A stretch of DNA of 64,000 bases from Opitutaceae bacterium (GCA_028284235.1 JANQSC010000020.1:128248-192247); one strand, 5' to 3'; shown: positions 9,718 to 19,647, counted from the stretch's first letter. The notes: generated by a model from the sequence alone, not told the origin. Translations and numbers: made by a program.

Positions 9718-10101
9718 TCAATCCTTGGCGATTTCCGCGTAGCCCGCGGCGTCCAGCAAACCGTTCAACTGCTCCGGATTCAACAGCTTGATTTTGACGA
9801 TCCAACCCGTTTCAAACGCGGACTGATTGACGAGCTCGGGAGCGTCTTCCAATGCAGCGTTTCCCTCCAAAACCTCAGCGTCGACCGGCATGTACAGGTC
9901 CGAGGCCGCCTTGACCGATTCCACCACGCCAAACGTCGCCCCCGTATCGAAGCTATCCCCCGATTCCGGGATCTCCACGAAGGTGATATCCCCCAAGCTG
10001 TTTTGGGCGAAGTCGGTGATCCCGATGAGCGCTTCGTCATTGTCCAAGAGTTTCAACCATTCGTGGTCGCTCGTGTACTTGAGATTTTCAGGAATGTTCA
10101 T
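9718..10101 (-). CDS. gcvH: Glycine cleavage system H protein
   Basis: MNIPENLKYTSDHEW; GITDFAQNSLGDITFVE; VVESVKAASDLY (lipoyl-Lys); ATG at 10101 overlaps the gcvT stop. Confidence 0.96.
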   Translation of the reverse strand: MNIPENLKYTSDHEWLKLLDNDEALIGITDFAQNSLGDITFVEIPESGDSFDTGATFGVVESVKAASDLYMPVDAEVLEGNAALEDAPELVNQSAFETGWIVKIKLLNPEQLNGLLDAAGYAEIAKD

Positions 10102-11231
10102 GTGGAATTCGACGGGCCGGAAGTCGTGTGATTGGATTGAGGATTCAAGGTGATGAAGGGAGGCTTCGTGGAAAACAATTGCAGTTCCTTTCCACGCATG
10201 TCCACCGATAATTGCGCGTTCGCCGCATCGGAGTCCACCCACGCGGATCCAATCGCTTCGTTAAGCTCTGGCGAAAACGTACCCGAGACGACGACGCCTG
10301 CCTCGCGATCCCCGGTCAAAACCAACGTCCCGCTCCGAACAATCCGCCGATTCCCAGTCTTGAAAAAGACGATCCGCTTCTTCGGCCCCGCCGCTTTTTC
10401 TTCCGCCAGCGCGGCCTTTCCAATAAAATCCGACGCCTTCCCCAGCTTCACCGTCCACATCAAGTTCGCTTGGACCGGCGTGATGGTCTCGCTAATCTCG
10501 TGACCGTACAACGAATAACCCGCCTCGAGACGCAAACTGTCCCGCGAGCCCAGCCCCGCCAATCGAAGACCTAAGTCGGTCCCCGCGGCCACAAGCGTTT
10601 TAGCGAGCGACTCCGCCGGTTCCGGGCTTACGAAAATCTCGACGCCCGGCTCCCCCGTGTAGCCGGTTCGGCTGACAATACACTGCGCCCCGGCTAACTC
10701 GCCTTCCCGGAAGTGATAGTACTTCAAGCCGTCGAGCGCGCCCGGAGCAATCGACTCCAAAATCGGAAACGCTTTCGGCCCTTGCAACGCGAGCAGCGCG
10801 TAAGAATCGGATACGTTCGCGACCGAGACATCGAAGCCCGAACGCTTGGTATTCAGCCACTCCAGATCCTTCTCCGTATTGGCCGCGTTGAGGCAAAGCA
10901 AATACGACTCCTCACCGAGCTTGTACACCAGCAAGTCGTCGACCACGCCCCCATTCTCGTAGCACATCAAACTGTAGAGGGCCTGCCCGATGGACATTCC
11001 CGAAATGTCGTTGGTCAAAACATGGTCGAGAAAACGAGTCGCCTCTAGGCCTTCGACCCGCGCCTCGCCCATGTGGCTGACGTCGAACAAGCCCGCCGCC
11101 GAGCGCGTCGCCTTGTGCTCTTCGACGATGCTTTCGAATTGCACCGGCATATTCCATCCAGCGAAGTCGACCATGCGGCCGCCATTGGCGATCGCAAACG
11201 CAGTGAGCGGAGTCGTTCTCAATTCAGACAT
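10098..11231 (-). CDS. gcvT: Glycine cleavage system aminomethyltransferase T
   Basis: MVDFAGWNMPVQF, GLFDVSHMGE, SRTGYTGEPGVEI and GLGSRDSLRLEAG motifs. Confidence 0.96.
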   Translation of the reverse strand: MSELRTTPLTAFAIANGGRMVDFAGWNMPVQFESIVEEHKATRSAAGLFDVSHMGEARVEGLEATRFLDHVLTNDISGMSIGQALYSLMCYENGGVVDDLLVYKLGEESYLLCLNAANTEKDLEWLNTKRSGFDVSVANVSDSYALLALQGPKAFPILESIAPGALDGLKYYHFREGELAGAQCIVSRTGYTGEPGVEIFVSPEPAESLAKTLVAAGTDLGLRLAGLGSRDSLRLEAGYSLYGHEISETITPVQANLMWTVKLGKASDFIGKAALAEEKAAGPKKRIVFFKTGNRRIVRSGTLVLTGDREAGVVVSGTFSPELNEAIGSAWVDSDAANAQLSVDMRGKELQLFSTKPPFITLNPQSNHTTSGPSNST

Positions 11232-11291
11232 AACGCCCCATCAAGCCTCCGCCCGCGACTGAGAGCAAGAGGGAAAAACGGTATGACGCAG

Positions 11292-12098
11292 CTATTTTTC
11301 GCCTTCGTTCACGACAGGATTCGAAAGGCGGCCGATCCCTTCAATCTCCACCGAAATTTCGTCGCCAGACTTCAACCACAAAGGCGGCGTTCGAGCCATC
11401 CCCACCCCGTGCGGCGTTCCCGTCAAAATGACAGTCCCCGGCAGCAAGGTCGTGCTCCCGCTCAGGAAGGCGATTATCTCGCGAACGTTGAAGATCATGT
11501 CCCGCGTGTTCCAGTCCTGGACCACTTCGCCATTGAGCGTCGTCCCGATTTCGAGGTCGTTCGGATCCGGAATCGCGTCAGCCGTCACCAAGCACGGACC
11601 CATCGGCGCGAACGTATCGAACGTCTTTCCCCGGCACCATTGACCGCCGCCCATTTTCTTCTGCCAATCCCGAGCGCTCACGTCGTTCGCGCAGGTGTAG
11701 CCCAACACGTAGTCGAGCGCGTTTTCCACAGTCGCGTTCTTGCACGGCTTTCCGATCACGACCGCCAACTCGCATTCGTAGTCGACCTCTTCGCTCGCCA
11801 GAAATGTCGGGATCTCAATCGGAGCGCCTGGATGTTGCAGCGCGTTTCGCCCTTTGATAAAGAGAACGGGAAACTTCGGGATTGGCGCTCCGCTCTCTTC
11901 GGCGTGGAACTTGTAGTTCAATCCGATGCAGAGAATAATCTCCGGGTCCACCGGCGCCAGCAATCTCCCCACGTCTGCAGCCTCGTCCGTAGGCGTCATC
12001 GCGCCAAACAGGTCGCCTTCAATTCGGTAAACCGCGCCCTCGCGCTTCTCGCCGTATTGAATATTTCCCGACGGATCTTCGTATCGTACAATCTTCAT
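11292..12098 (-). CDS. Fumarylacetoacetate hydrolase family protein
   Basis: ILCIGLNYKFH, VDYECELAVVIG, ANDVSARDWQ, GKTFDTFAPMGP and GTVILTGTPHGVG motifs. Confidence 0.92.
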   Translation of the reverse strand: MKIVRYEDPSGNIQYGEKREGAVYRIEGDLFGAMTPTDEAADVGRLLAPVDPEIILCIGLNYKFHAEESGAPIPKFPVLFIKGRNALQHPGAPIEIPTFLASEEVDYECELAVVIGKPCKNATVENALDYVLGYTCANDVSARDWQKKMGGGQWCRGKTFDTFAPMGPCLVTADAIPDPNDLEIGTTLNGEVVQDWNTRDMIFNVREIIAFLSGSTTLLPGTVILTGTPHGVGMARTPPLWLKSGDEISVEIEGIGRLSNPVVNEGEK

Positions 12099-12131
12099 CG
12101 TTTCAAAGTTTGGTGACGAAGTCCCAATTCG

Positions 12132-12794
12132 CTAGCGTTTTCGGGCCAAATACACGCCATCCCCCAAAGTAAGCAAACTCGCATCCACGCGCGTGTCGTC
12201 CCGCAATTTCTCGTTCATCGCCCGAATCGCCAATGTATCCACATCCTGATACTCGGGATCGATCACTTGCCCACCCCAAAGCGCGTTGTCCAGCAGGATC
12301 AGGCCTCCCGTCCGAACCAGTCGCAGACACGATTCGTAGTAAGCGTCGTAGTTCTCCTTGTCGGCGTCGATGAACGCGAAATCGATCGACCCCGCTAACG
12401 ACGACCGCTCCAAGTCGGAAAGCGTATCGAGCGCAGGACCGATGCGCAGATCGATTTTCCCGTCGACCCCCGCCTTGCCCCAATAACGACGGGCGATATC
12501 CGTCCATTCGACGCTCAAATCGCACGCGATCAGCTTCCCGTCCTCGGGCAGAGCCGCCGCGACCGACAACGAGCTGTATCCCGTAAAGGTCCCGATCTCA
12601 AGCGCGAATCGAGCCCCGATCGATCGAACCAAAAAGGCCATGAACTGCCCCTGGTCGGGCGTGATCTGCATCCGCGCGTCCGGCAATTCGTCCGTCTCGC
12701 GCCGCAGCTCCGACAGCAACTCCGATTCGCGCGACGAAGCGTCGAGAACGTATTGGTATATCTCCGGACCTATTCTGGGGGCGCGTTTGGGCAT
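12132..12794 (-). CDS. SAM-dependent O-methyltransferase (caffeoyl-CoA OMT-like, Methyltransf_3)
   Basis: MQITPDQGQFM, LEIGTFTGYSSL, FIDADKENY and LLDNALWGG motifs. Confidence 0.92.
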   Translation of the reverse strand: MPKRAPRIGPEIYQYVLDASSRESELLSELRRETDELPDARMQITPDQGQFMAFLVRSIGARFALEIGTFTGYSSLSVAAALPEDGKLIACDLSVEWTDIARRYWGKAGVDGKIDLRIGPALDTLSDLERSSLAGSIDFAFIDADKENYDAYYESCLRLVRTGGLILLDNALWGGQVIDPEYQDVDTLAIRAMNEKLRDDTRVDASLLTLGDGVYLARKR

Positions 12795-12837
12795 GCGAAG
12801 ACTACAGCGAATGTCTCCAGCGGATACAAGCGCGGGT

Positions 12838-13740
12838 TTAGCGAGACTGCTCTTCCACCAGTCGCTCGATCGCGTTCTCGATTAGATCCGGTCGGCGCCA
12901 GGGCACAAAGTGATTAAGCCCGTCAATCTTCCAAATCTCCAGCAATGAAGCCTCCTCCATCATACGCTCCACGTAATCCGCATTCCCCGGCGGCACGAGC
13001 TCGTCGTCCATCCCTTGGATCACGATGGTCGGCGTTTCTATCGAAGTAAGCCCGTCCGCCAGCATAATCAGCTCTCGCTTGTGGGGAAAAATCTCGTCGT
13101 TGCTGTTCGCCCAGTCCTTGGAGATCCCCCACTTCACTAGAGGAAACTTGGCCACGTAATTGTACCACTTACGCTTCTCCAGATCGGGGTCCATCGACGG
13201 GGCCACCAGAATCAGTCCGCTCACGAACTTCGGATAATCCAACGCCATGCGCGCAATCACCGGTCCACCGAGCGAATGCCCAATTAAGAGGGCGTTGCCG
13301 TCGACTCCCGACTTGCGCAACGCCTCGTAGATCCGTCGCGACTGCTCCTCGATCGACGGCTCGGCCTTGAGCGGCAGGCTCAATCCAAACCCGGGACGAT
13401 CCACCGAAATCACCCGTCCCAGCTCCCGAATATCGCGGTTCATGAGGAAGCGGCTAAAGGCGCTCCAGCTTCCCGGCGATCCGTGCACGAATACGATAGC
13501 AGTATCGCCTTCGCCCACCGAAGCCATGTGAATGGTCCCGGGGTTCGTTTCCTGCGTGATGAATTCAGGCGGTGGATGGCCGCTGCGCGCGAAGCGTTCC
13601 GTAGCCTCTTCCGGAGTAATGCTAAACGTCGCGCAGCCGGAGAATCCCGAACCGACGATGATCACGCCGATTCCAACGATCGCAATCCCCACCGCGCCGA
13701 TGCTCCAGCGTTTCGCCTTTTTCGATTTCACAATCGCCAT
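12838..13740 (-). CDS. Alpha/beta hydrolase with N-terminal membrane anchor or lipoprotein signal
   Basis: VFVHGSPG oxyanion motif, GHSLGG nucleophile elbow, C-terminal His (LNHFVPW). Confidence 0.88.
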   Translation of the reverse strand: MAIVKSKKAKRWSIGAVGIAIVGIGVIIVGSGFSGCATFSITPEEATERFARSGHPPPEFITQETNPGTIHMASVGEGDTAIVFVHGSPGSWSAFSRFLMNRDIRELGRVISVDRPGFGLSLPLKAEPSIEEQSRRIYEALRKSGVDGNALLIGHSLGGPVIARMALDYPKFVSGLILVAPSMDPDLEKRKWYNYVAKFPLVKWGISKDWANSNDEIFPHKRELIMLADGLTSIETPTIVIQGMDDELVPPGNADYVERMMEEASLLEIWKIDGLNHFVPWRRPDLIENAIERLVEEQSR

Positions 13741-13813
13741 TTCTACACAATCCAACGACGGAGTCGCCGCATTCGATTGCGATCACCCGCCTCGTGAATT
13801 TCGGCTGCCAAAC

Positions 13814-15412
13814 CTAGTCCTTCGACGGCGGCCTTCCTTCCACTGCCTTGTTCGCCTGCACCCGAGCCTCGTAGGCGGGGTTCTCTACACCCAGCGCTTC
13901 CATTTGAGCCAATGCCCGCTTCACGTACTCCGGATTGTACTTGCCGCTCGTATTGAAACCTGGATACGCCCGGGTCCCGCTATACCTGGGATAGCTGTCG
14001 AAAACATCGCCGTAACCTAAAATTCGCGGATCGCCCGTCTCCCGCAGCGCCGCCTCCATTCGCTCTCCCAGTTGCTCGAGAATCGGAGCGTACTCCGGAT
14101 TGCCGGCTAGGTTGTTCACGCAATACGGGTCGTTTTCCTTGTCGTACAGTTCCTCGTACGGGCGATCTCCATACGCAAGTTGGGAAAGCCCGCTATCTGG
14201 ACTCGCCAACATCAAAGAATGCGACGGACTTCCGTCCACGTCCTTGAATTCGATCCCGGTTGGCGAACGTTCGGGATGCAAATTGCGGATGTAGTTGTAC
14301 TTAGCGGTGTGAATCGCCCGGATCGGATAGCCCAAGTTTTCCGCCCGGGCATGGGTGTGACGCTCGCGCCCAGACAATACGAAATTCCGAGTCGGGTCGA
14401 TCTTGCCGTCGGCATTCGATCGCAGCAGAGGCATCAAGCTCCGCCCCGTCATCGCAAGAGGCGCTTTCTCGCCCGCCGCCTCCAAGAACGTCGGAGCCAA
14501 ATCGATCAAGCTGACAAAATCCGAAAGCCGCCGCCCTTCCGTCGCGATCCCGTCCTTCCAAGAAACAATCAGCGGCATGCGCACCCCGTACTCATAGTTG
14601 TTGGCCTTCGCTCTCGGGAACGCCATTCCATTGTCCGCAGTGACGACTACGATCGTATTGTCCAGCTCGCCGATCGCCCGCAATTGCTCCAGCATCTTCC
14701 CGAGGTGAGAGTCGAACCAGTTTATCTCCAAGCCGTAATCCGCCACGTCTTCCCTTGTCAGATCCGTTTCCGGAAGAAATCCAGGCACCACAACCTCTGA
14801 CGCATCCACTCCATTCCGGTACCCGGAACCCCTCTCAAAGACGCGATGGGCCTCGTGGGCGCCAAACCAAAACACAAAAGGCTGACCCTCGGGCCGGGCC
14901 GCGAGAAAATCCGCGAAGTTCGCCGCGTAGTCCTTGTTCGAGATCCCCTTCGCCGGCATGGTATCCAACTTTCGCTTATTGTATTCCGGCCCAGCCGGAT
15001 TGCGAGGGCGTTCGGTCAAACGGCCCGGACCCCAAGGCTTGCCGGTATAGCCCGGAAAATAACCCGCCGCTTCCAACAATTCTGGATACACTTGCAGATG
15101 CTTGGGAAAATTCGCCGCGTGCGTTCCCGCTTCCTCAATCTCCCAAATGTACTTTCCCGTCAACAAAGCCGCTCGCGACGGGCTGCAACCGGGAGCGCTG
15201 CAATACGCGTTTTCGAAAAGGACCCCCTCCTCGGCCAATCGGTCAAACGTCGGCGTGTCGACGAACTCCGAGCCATAGGCCCCGATGTGTTGCCAGGATA
15301 TATCGTCCCCGATCGCCAGCAGAATATTCGGTCGATCCTCCGCGCCCACAACTGCGATTGAGAGAAAACAGACTACAGGGAGAAATGTGATCCGCGAAAC
15401 GAGACTTTTCAT
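13814..15412 (-). CDS. Secreted Cys-type (formylglycine) sulfatase
   Basis: Signal peptide; RPNILLAIGDD; CSPSRAALLTG (CxPxR motif); TADNG. Confidence 0.93.
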   Translation of the reverse strand: MKSLVSRITFLPVVCFLSIAVVGAEDRPNILLAIGDDISWQHIGAYGSEFVDTPTFDRLAEEGVLFENAYCSAPGCSPSRAALLTGKYIWEIEEAGTHAANFPKHLQVYPELLEAAGYFPGYTGKPWGPGRLTERPRNPAGPEYNKRKLDTMPAKGISNKDYAANFADFLAARPEGQPFVFWFGAHEAHRVFERGSGYRNGVDASEVVVPGFLPETDLTREDVADYGLEINWFDSHLGKMLEQLRAIGELDNTIVVVTADNGMAFPRAKANNYEYGVRMPLIVSWKDGIATEGRRLSDFVSLIDLAPTFLEAAGEKAPLAMTGRSLMPLLRSNADGKIDPTRNFVLSGRERHTHARAENLGYPIRAIHTAKYNYIRNLHPERSPTGIEFKDVDGSPSHSLMLASPDSGLSQLAYGDRPYEELYDKENDPYCVNNLAGNPEYAPILEQLGERMEAALRETGDPRILGYGDVFDSYPRYSGTRAYPGFNTSGKYNPEYVKRALAQMEALGVENPAYEARVQANKAVEGRPPSKD

Positions 15413-15471
15413 GAGATCAAACTAAGAACCGAGCTTTCCGACGAAGCAATCCCGATCCACACGGTTAAGGG

Positions 15472-15683
15472 TTTTTGACAGGATACGGTCCGCGTTGCGG
15501 ACCTGCAGCATCCCGTCATTGACCCCGACAAAGTCGGCGGCTAAGGCGGGATCATGATGACTTTAGATCAAAATCAATAATTTTAACCACTATCGAATGG
15601 CCTATAGACTAAATCATCCTGTTGGTCCCGTCATAGACGGGACCATCCTGTAGCCCCGATTACATCGGGGCGTATCCTGTAAA
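15472..15683. repeat. Family A scaffold-and-hairpin inverted-repeat element, copy A1
   Basis: Terminal inverted words tttttgacaggatac ... gtatcctgtaaa; right arm aatcatcctgtt-GGTCCCGTCataGACGGGACC-atcctgta-GCCCCGATtacATCGGGGC-gtatcctgtaaa. Confidence 0.85.
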
Positions 15684-15686
15684 TTA

Positions 15687-16625
15687 CTAACCCGCGCTCG
15701 CGTCCCAAAGTTCGTGTAGACGCTTCAAATCTCGTCGCATTGCCGCGAACACCGCTTTCTGAGGAATCGTAAGCTCTCGCTTCCCATGCTCCGCTCCACC
15801 GAGATCGTACTCCAAGTGCAACGAGACCAAGGGCCTCAAATTATATGAGCGTAGCGCTTTGAAATACCGATCGAAATCAACCTTCCCTTCGCCCAACGGC
15901 ACATTCTGCACTACCCAACGCCCATCTTTCTTCGCCCAGTCGAAATCTTTGATCGGCATCGTGCGGATATGCCCGGCCAAATACCGCAACCCCAACGGCC
16001 AGGACGATCCTCCATCCACCGTCGCGTGGCGAATGTCGTACTGGCAACCCAGCCAACGCGGATCGTGTCCATCCAACAAATACGCTAAATCCGTCACATA
16101 CGAGCCGATTACTTGCCCCGCGTGATTTTGATACGCTCCGTGCAATCCCACCGCTTCATTAAATGCAGCGAGATCGCTCAACTCGTCAGCGCAGTAGTCC
16201 AAATTCTCCCGCAAGCTCTTGTCCGCATCGGGGCGATAGTAGCCCATACGGTAGTGTTTGAATCCCAATTCGGCAGCTGTCCTCAACGACTGAATACCAG
16301 CGGAGTCGTCAACGCTCACGATCCGCGAAACCAGCATATTCGGCTCCATACCCGCCGCTCGAATCGCTTCCGCGGCTCGCGGCAGATCGTCCGAAGCCCG
16401 CTCCGGCAGCACATGCCCGCCTGGCCGAACCGTCAAGTCCACGCCGTCAAAACCCATCTCCGCCGTCGCTTCGGCCATGTCCCGATAGTCGAGAAACTGA
16501 AGGTGTTTTGAAAACAAATGGACGGAAAGCCGGTCGCCCCCGCTCTTCCCTCGCAACGGGACCACTCCTGTTGCCAGACCCAAACTACCCGCCAATGCCA
16601 GTTTCCCAAACGCGCGCCGATCCAT
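15687..16625 (-). CDS. TAT-exported sugar phosphate isomerase/epimerase-like TIM-barrel protein (AP_endonuc_2)
   Basis: Twin-arginine signal DRRAFGK; GFDGVDLTVRPGGH; YQNH, YDIRH and LHLEY metal-binding positions. Confidence 0.88.
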   Translation of the reverse strand: MDRRAFGKLALAGSLGLATGVVPLRGKSGGDRLSVHLFSKHLQFLDYRDMAEATAEMGFDGVDLTVRPGGHVLPERASDDLPRAAEAIRAAGMEPNMLVSRIVSVDDSAGIQSLRTAAELGFKHYRMGYYRPDADKSLRENLDYCADELSDLAAFNEAVGLHGAYQNHAGQVIGSYVTDLAYLLDGHDPRWLGCQYDIRHATVDGGSSWPLGLRYLAGHIRTMPIKDFDWAKKDGRWVVQNVPLGEGKVDFDRYFKALRSYNLRPLVSLHLEYDLGGAEHGKRELTIPQKAVFAAMRRDLKRLHELWDASAG

Positions 16626-16705
16626 GTCCATCCCGTCAGTATCCGGAAAACACTACGGGAATCCAGCGAAATCCAAATGTTCCTGCCGTCCGCTCTTCGA
16701 AAGCC

Positions 16706-16734
16706 TTGACCGCCTCCTCTCCACTTCGTAGCAA
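16706..16734 (+). promoter_or_regulatory. Possible sigma70-type promoter directly before the enolase-family start codon (would give a leaderless or near-leaderless mRNA)
   Basis: TTGACC (16706-16711), 17-nt spacer, TAGCAA (16729-16734), ATG at 16740; weak -10 match. Confidence 0.3.
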
Positions 16735-16739
16735 CCAGC

Positions 16740-18122
16740 ATGGCCACCCCTTCCCACAACGCTAGAATTACCGATGCTCGGCTCTACTTCCTTCCCGTAG
16801 AGATGCGCGTCCCGCTGAAGTTCGGAGCTCAAGTTCTCACCAAAGTGACTTGCGCCCGCGCCTGCGTGACCCTCGAAAACGAGAACGGCGAATCCGCCAT
16901 CGGCTGGGGCGAAACCCCGCTCAGCGTCGGCTGGGTATGGCCCTCCAGTATCGACTACGACGAACGCGAAACCGCCCTGCGCGAGTTTACCTGCTCGCTC
17001 ACTCGAGAACTGAAGAAATTCGACGCGAACGGTCACGCCTTGGAAATCGGCCACGCGTTTATCGAAAATCGACTCCAGGCCCTCCAGTCGGAGTTCAATG
17101 CCTCCCGCGAAGCGAGCCACGCTTTGCCTCACCTCGCCGCCCTCGTTTGCTTTTCGCCGCTAGACATCGCCATTCACGACGCGTATGGAAATCTTCAGTA
17201 CAAGCCCATCTACGAAACCTACACCAGCGAGTATCTGAGCAAAGACCTCTCCTACTTTTTCGAATCCGACGAGTTATTCGCTGGCAAGTACCCGTCCGAC
17301 TTCCTCACTCCATCCAAGCCAACTCTCCCCGTCTGGCATCTCGTCGGCGGCCTCGACCCGCTCGACGACTCCGAACTCGACGGACACGAACCCAATGACG
17401 GGTACCCGGTTGTACTGCGCGACTGGATCGACCGCGACGGTCTCAATTGCCTGAAAATCAAGCTGCGCGGCGACGACTCCGAATGGGACTACCAACGACT
17501 CGTCGCCATCGGGAAAATCGCCCTCGAAAAAGACGTCGAATGGCTGACCACCGATTTCAACTGCGCCGTCACCGAGCCCGACTACGTCAACGCCATCCTC
17601 GATCGCCTGAGAGACGAGTATCCCCGAATCTACCAGTCCATCCTCTATGTCGAGCAACCCTTTCCTTACGACCTCGAAGCCAACCAGATCGACGTGCGTA
17701 GCGTTAGCGCCCGCAAACCGCTTTTCATGGACGAAAGCGCCCACGACTGGCGTCTCGTCAAACTCGGCCAGACACTCGGATGGACCGGTGTCGCCCTGAA
17801 AACCTGCAAGACGCAGACCGGAGCCCTTCTCAGCCTTTGCTGGGCCAAAGCCAACGGCATGACGCTCATGGTTCAGGACCTGACCAATCCAATGCTCGCC
17901 CAACTTCCGCACGTGCAGCTCGCCCAGCACGCCGGTACCATCATGGGAGTCGAAAGCAACGGAATGCAGTTCTATCCCGACGCATCCCTTCCCGAACAAA
18001 CTGTCCATCCCGGAATCTACCAACGCCGCGCCGGCATCCTTGATTTGAATACAATCCAAGGAAACGGCTTCGGCTACCGCCTCGACAAAATCCAACGCGA
18101 CCTCCCGGACCCGGCGGTCTGA
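16740..18122 (+). CDS. Enolase superfamily protein (mandelate racemase/muconate lactonizing-like)
   Basis: LKIKLRG (KxK); acidic metal ligands in TTDFN, VEQP and MDES; GVALKTCK. Confidence 0.85.
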   Translation: MATPSHNARITDARLYFLPVEMRVPLKFGAQVLTKVTCARACVTLENENGESAIGWGETPLSVGWVWPSSIDYDERETALREFTCSLTRELKKFDANGHALEIGHAFIENRLQALQSEFNASREASHALPHLAALVCFSPLDIAIHDAYGNLQYKPIYETYTSEYLSKDLSYFFESDELFAGKYPSDFLTPSKPTLPVWHLVGGLDPLDDSELDGHEPNDGYPVVLRDWIDRDGLNCLKIKLRGDDSEWDYQRLVAIGKIALEKDVEWLTTDFNCAVTEPDYVNAILDRLRDEYPRIYQSILYVEQPFPYDLEANQIDVRSVSARKPLFMDESAHDWRLVKLGQTLGWTGVALKTCKTQTGALLSLCWAKANGMTLMVQDLTNPMLAQLPHVQLAQHAGTIMGVESNGMQFYPDASLPEQTVHPGIYQRRAGILDLNTIQGNGFGYRLDKIQRDLPDPAV

Positions 18123-18138
18123 AGACAGGGGAATTGTG

Positions 18139-18364
18139 TTTTACAGGATACGGCCCGAAATCTTCTGGACCAACTCAAGTGATCAGCTAAATCGTAGGGC
18201 CAGCGCTCGCGCTGTGCCGCGTTGCTTTTAACTCTTCAAACAACTGAACTACGCGGCACGCCGCAAGCGACGGCCCTACAATTCCCAACAACACGTCAAA
18301 ATCATCAAGTTTCCGCGATAGCGGGATCCTGTAGGCCCGTGGCACGGGCCGTATCCTGTTAAAA
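18139..18364. repeat. Family A element, copy A2, containing a GTAG REP doublet
   Basis: ttttacaggatacggccc ... aatcatcaagtt-tccgcgatagcggg-atcctgta-GGCCCGTggcACGGGCC-gtatcctgttaaaa. Confidence 0.85.
18194..18279. repeat. GTAG-type REP doublet (REPIN-like) R1
   Basis: gtagggccagcgctcgcgctgtgccgcg ... cgcggcacgccgcaagcgacggccctac; related doublets at 23901 and 31710. Confidence 0.85.
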
Positions 18365-18369
18365 CCGCG

Positions 18370-19374
18370 CTACTGCTTCGCGTAGCTCTCGAACGCTTCC
18401 GCGATCTTCGCCTGTTTCTCGTCCCCTTTGTGGAAGATGATCCGGTGCCGCATGAGAAACCGCGTTCCATCCGCCAGCGTGAATGTCTTGTCCTCGCGCG
18501 ACTCGTCCAAACTATTGAATCCAAACGGATTCGCGGTGAACAAGCCATAGTCGCGCACATGCCAGGGAGTCGGGTGACGAAAACTGGACGGGTGATTCAA
18601 GATAGCGATCCCCACATGCTTTCCTTCCAGCGGACCATGGTAGTCCACCCAAGCCGCTCGCTTGCTCCAAGTATCCCCATCGCGAATACCTTCGCTATTT
18701 ATGATACTCCCACCATTGCCTTCTTTCAAAGCCATATAGGAAGGGATGCGAACACTGAGTCCCGCGTCCTTGATGTCCCCGATTTCGATATCGCCATAGC
18801 TCGCGATAAACTCGATGTCAAAATCGACAATGACCTTCGAGTTTGTCTTTCGGATCACAATGGTCCGCTCGTCGGACATGAGCGGCTCCCCTCCGGAACC
18901 CAAATAATCGTTGGTCGTCACGATGAGCGCTCGCTTCTCGTTCGCGTCCACTTTCTTAAACGAACGATGGATGGTGCGCCCCAGCTTCTTCTTGAAACGG
19001 TCCAAACGCTCCTTGTCGTAGTCCCGCTCCGTCCCGGACCGCAACTCCAGCCATGTGTCGAACCCACCAACATTCTGATGCCCGAAATAGATCGAACGGT
19101 GATGCGGATGATCGTATTGCTCCCCTTCCACTTTCTCCATCGGATAGGCACGCGTCATGGGCACGCCCGTCGGTCCAATCAATGGATACAGGTAAGGCTT
19201 GTTGCCCTGGTCGATCACGTAATTCGTGACGAGCTCGCCGTCATAATTTACAGTCAAGCCCGAAGGGGTCTCTTCGATCGTGAAGCCTTCCCCTCCGAAC
19301 GAAAATTGGGCGGCGGCTAAAGCCACTAGGGGAAAAGAGACAATCTGAGCGAGATTCGTTTTCAAATGATTCAT
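18370..19374 (-). CDS. PmoA-like family protein (DUF6807), secreted; not a methane monooxygenase
   Basis: Signal peptide; KPYLYPLIGPTG, DHPHHRSIYFGH, NHPSSFRHPTPWHVRDYGLFTANPFG motifs. Confidence 0.85.
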   Translation of the reverse strand: MNHLKTNLAQIVSFPLVALAAAQFSFGGEGFTIEETPSGLTVNYDGELVTNYVIDQGNKPYLYPLIGPTGVPMTRAYPMEKVEGEQYDHPHHRSIYFGHQNVGGFDTWLELRSGTERDYDKERLDRFKKKLGRTIHRSFKKVDANEKRALIVTTNDYLGSGGEPLMSDERTIVIRKTNSKVIVDFDIEFIASYGDIEIGDIKDAGLSVRIPSYMALKEGNGGSIINSEGIRDGDTWSKRAAWVDYHGPLEGKHVGIAILNHPSSFRHPTPWHVRDYGLFTANPFGFNSLDESREDKTFTLADGTRFLMRHRIIFHKGDEKQAKIAEAFESYAKQ

Positions 19375-19511
19375 AATTAGAATGATGGGTAATAAGGAGC
19401 GTGACTATTAGCAAGACAGTCGAAGATTGCGAGCCCGAATCCAAAACGCCGAAAAGGAGTTTATGTTCCTGTTACATTGATCGAACACAGTCGCGGGAAG
19501 CAATATTTTCG

Positions 19512-19644
19512 AAACAGGATACGGCCCGCTTTACGGGCCTACAGGATGGCCCCGCAGTGGCGTGGCCAACAGGATCTTCCAATAATCATGTTCCCGCAGC
19601 GCGGGATCCTGTAGGCCCGTAAAGCGGGCCGTATCCTGTTAAAA
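19512..19644. repeat. Family A element, copy A3 (shortest, 9-bp spacer)
   Basis: Perfect 35-bp inverted repeat aacaggatacggcccgctttacgggcctacaggat (19513-19547) / 19606-19640. Confidence 0.9.
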
Positions 19645-19647
19645 AAA

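Noticed and set aside
11232-11291. Glycine riboswitch upstream of gcvT
   Set aside because: The gap is only 60 bp and contains no GGAGA/CCGAAG/CTCAGG aptamer motifs.
15519-15547. Promoter carried by the 39-bp cassette (TTGACC-N17-TAAGGC)
   Set aside because: The -10 match is poor and the second copy (31840-31877) keeps neither hexamer.
18370-19374. Methane monooxygenase (PmoA label)
   Set aside because: The protein is soluble and secreted, has no multi-TM PmoA topology and no pmoC/pmoB neighbours; the family name is a known misnomer.
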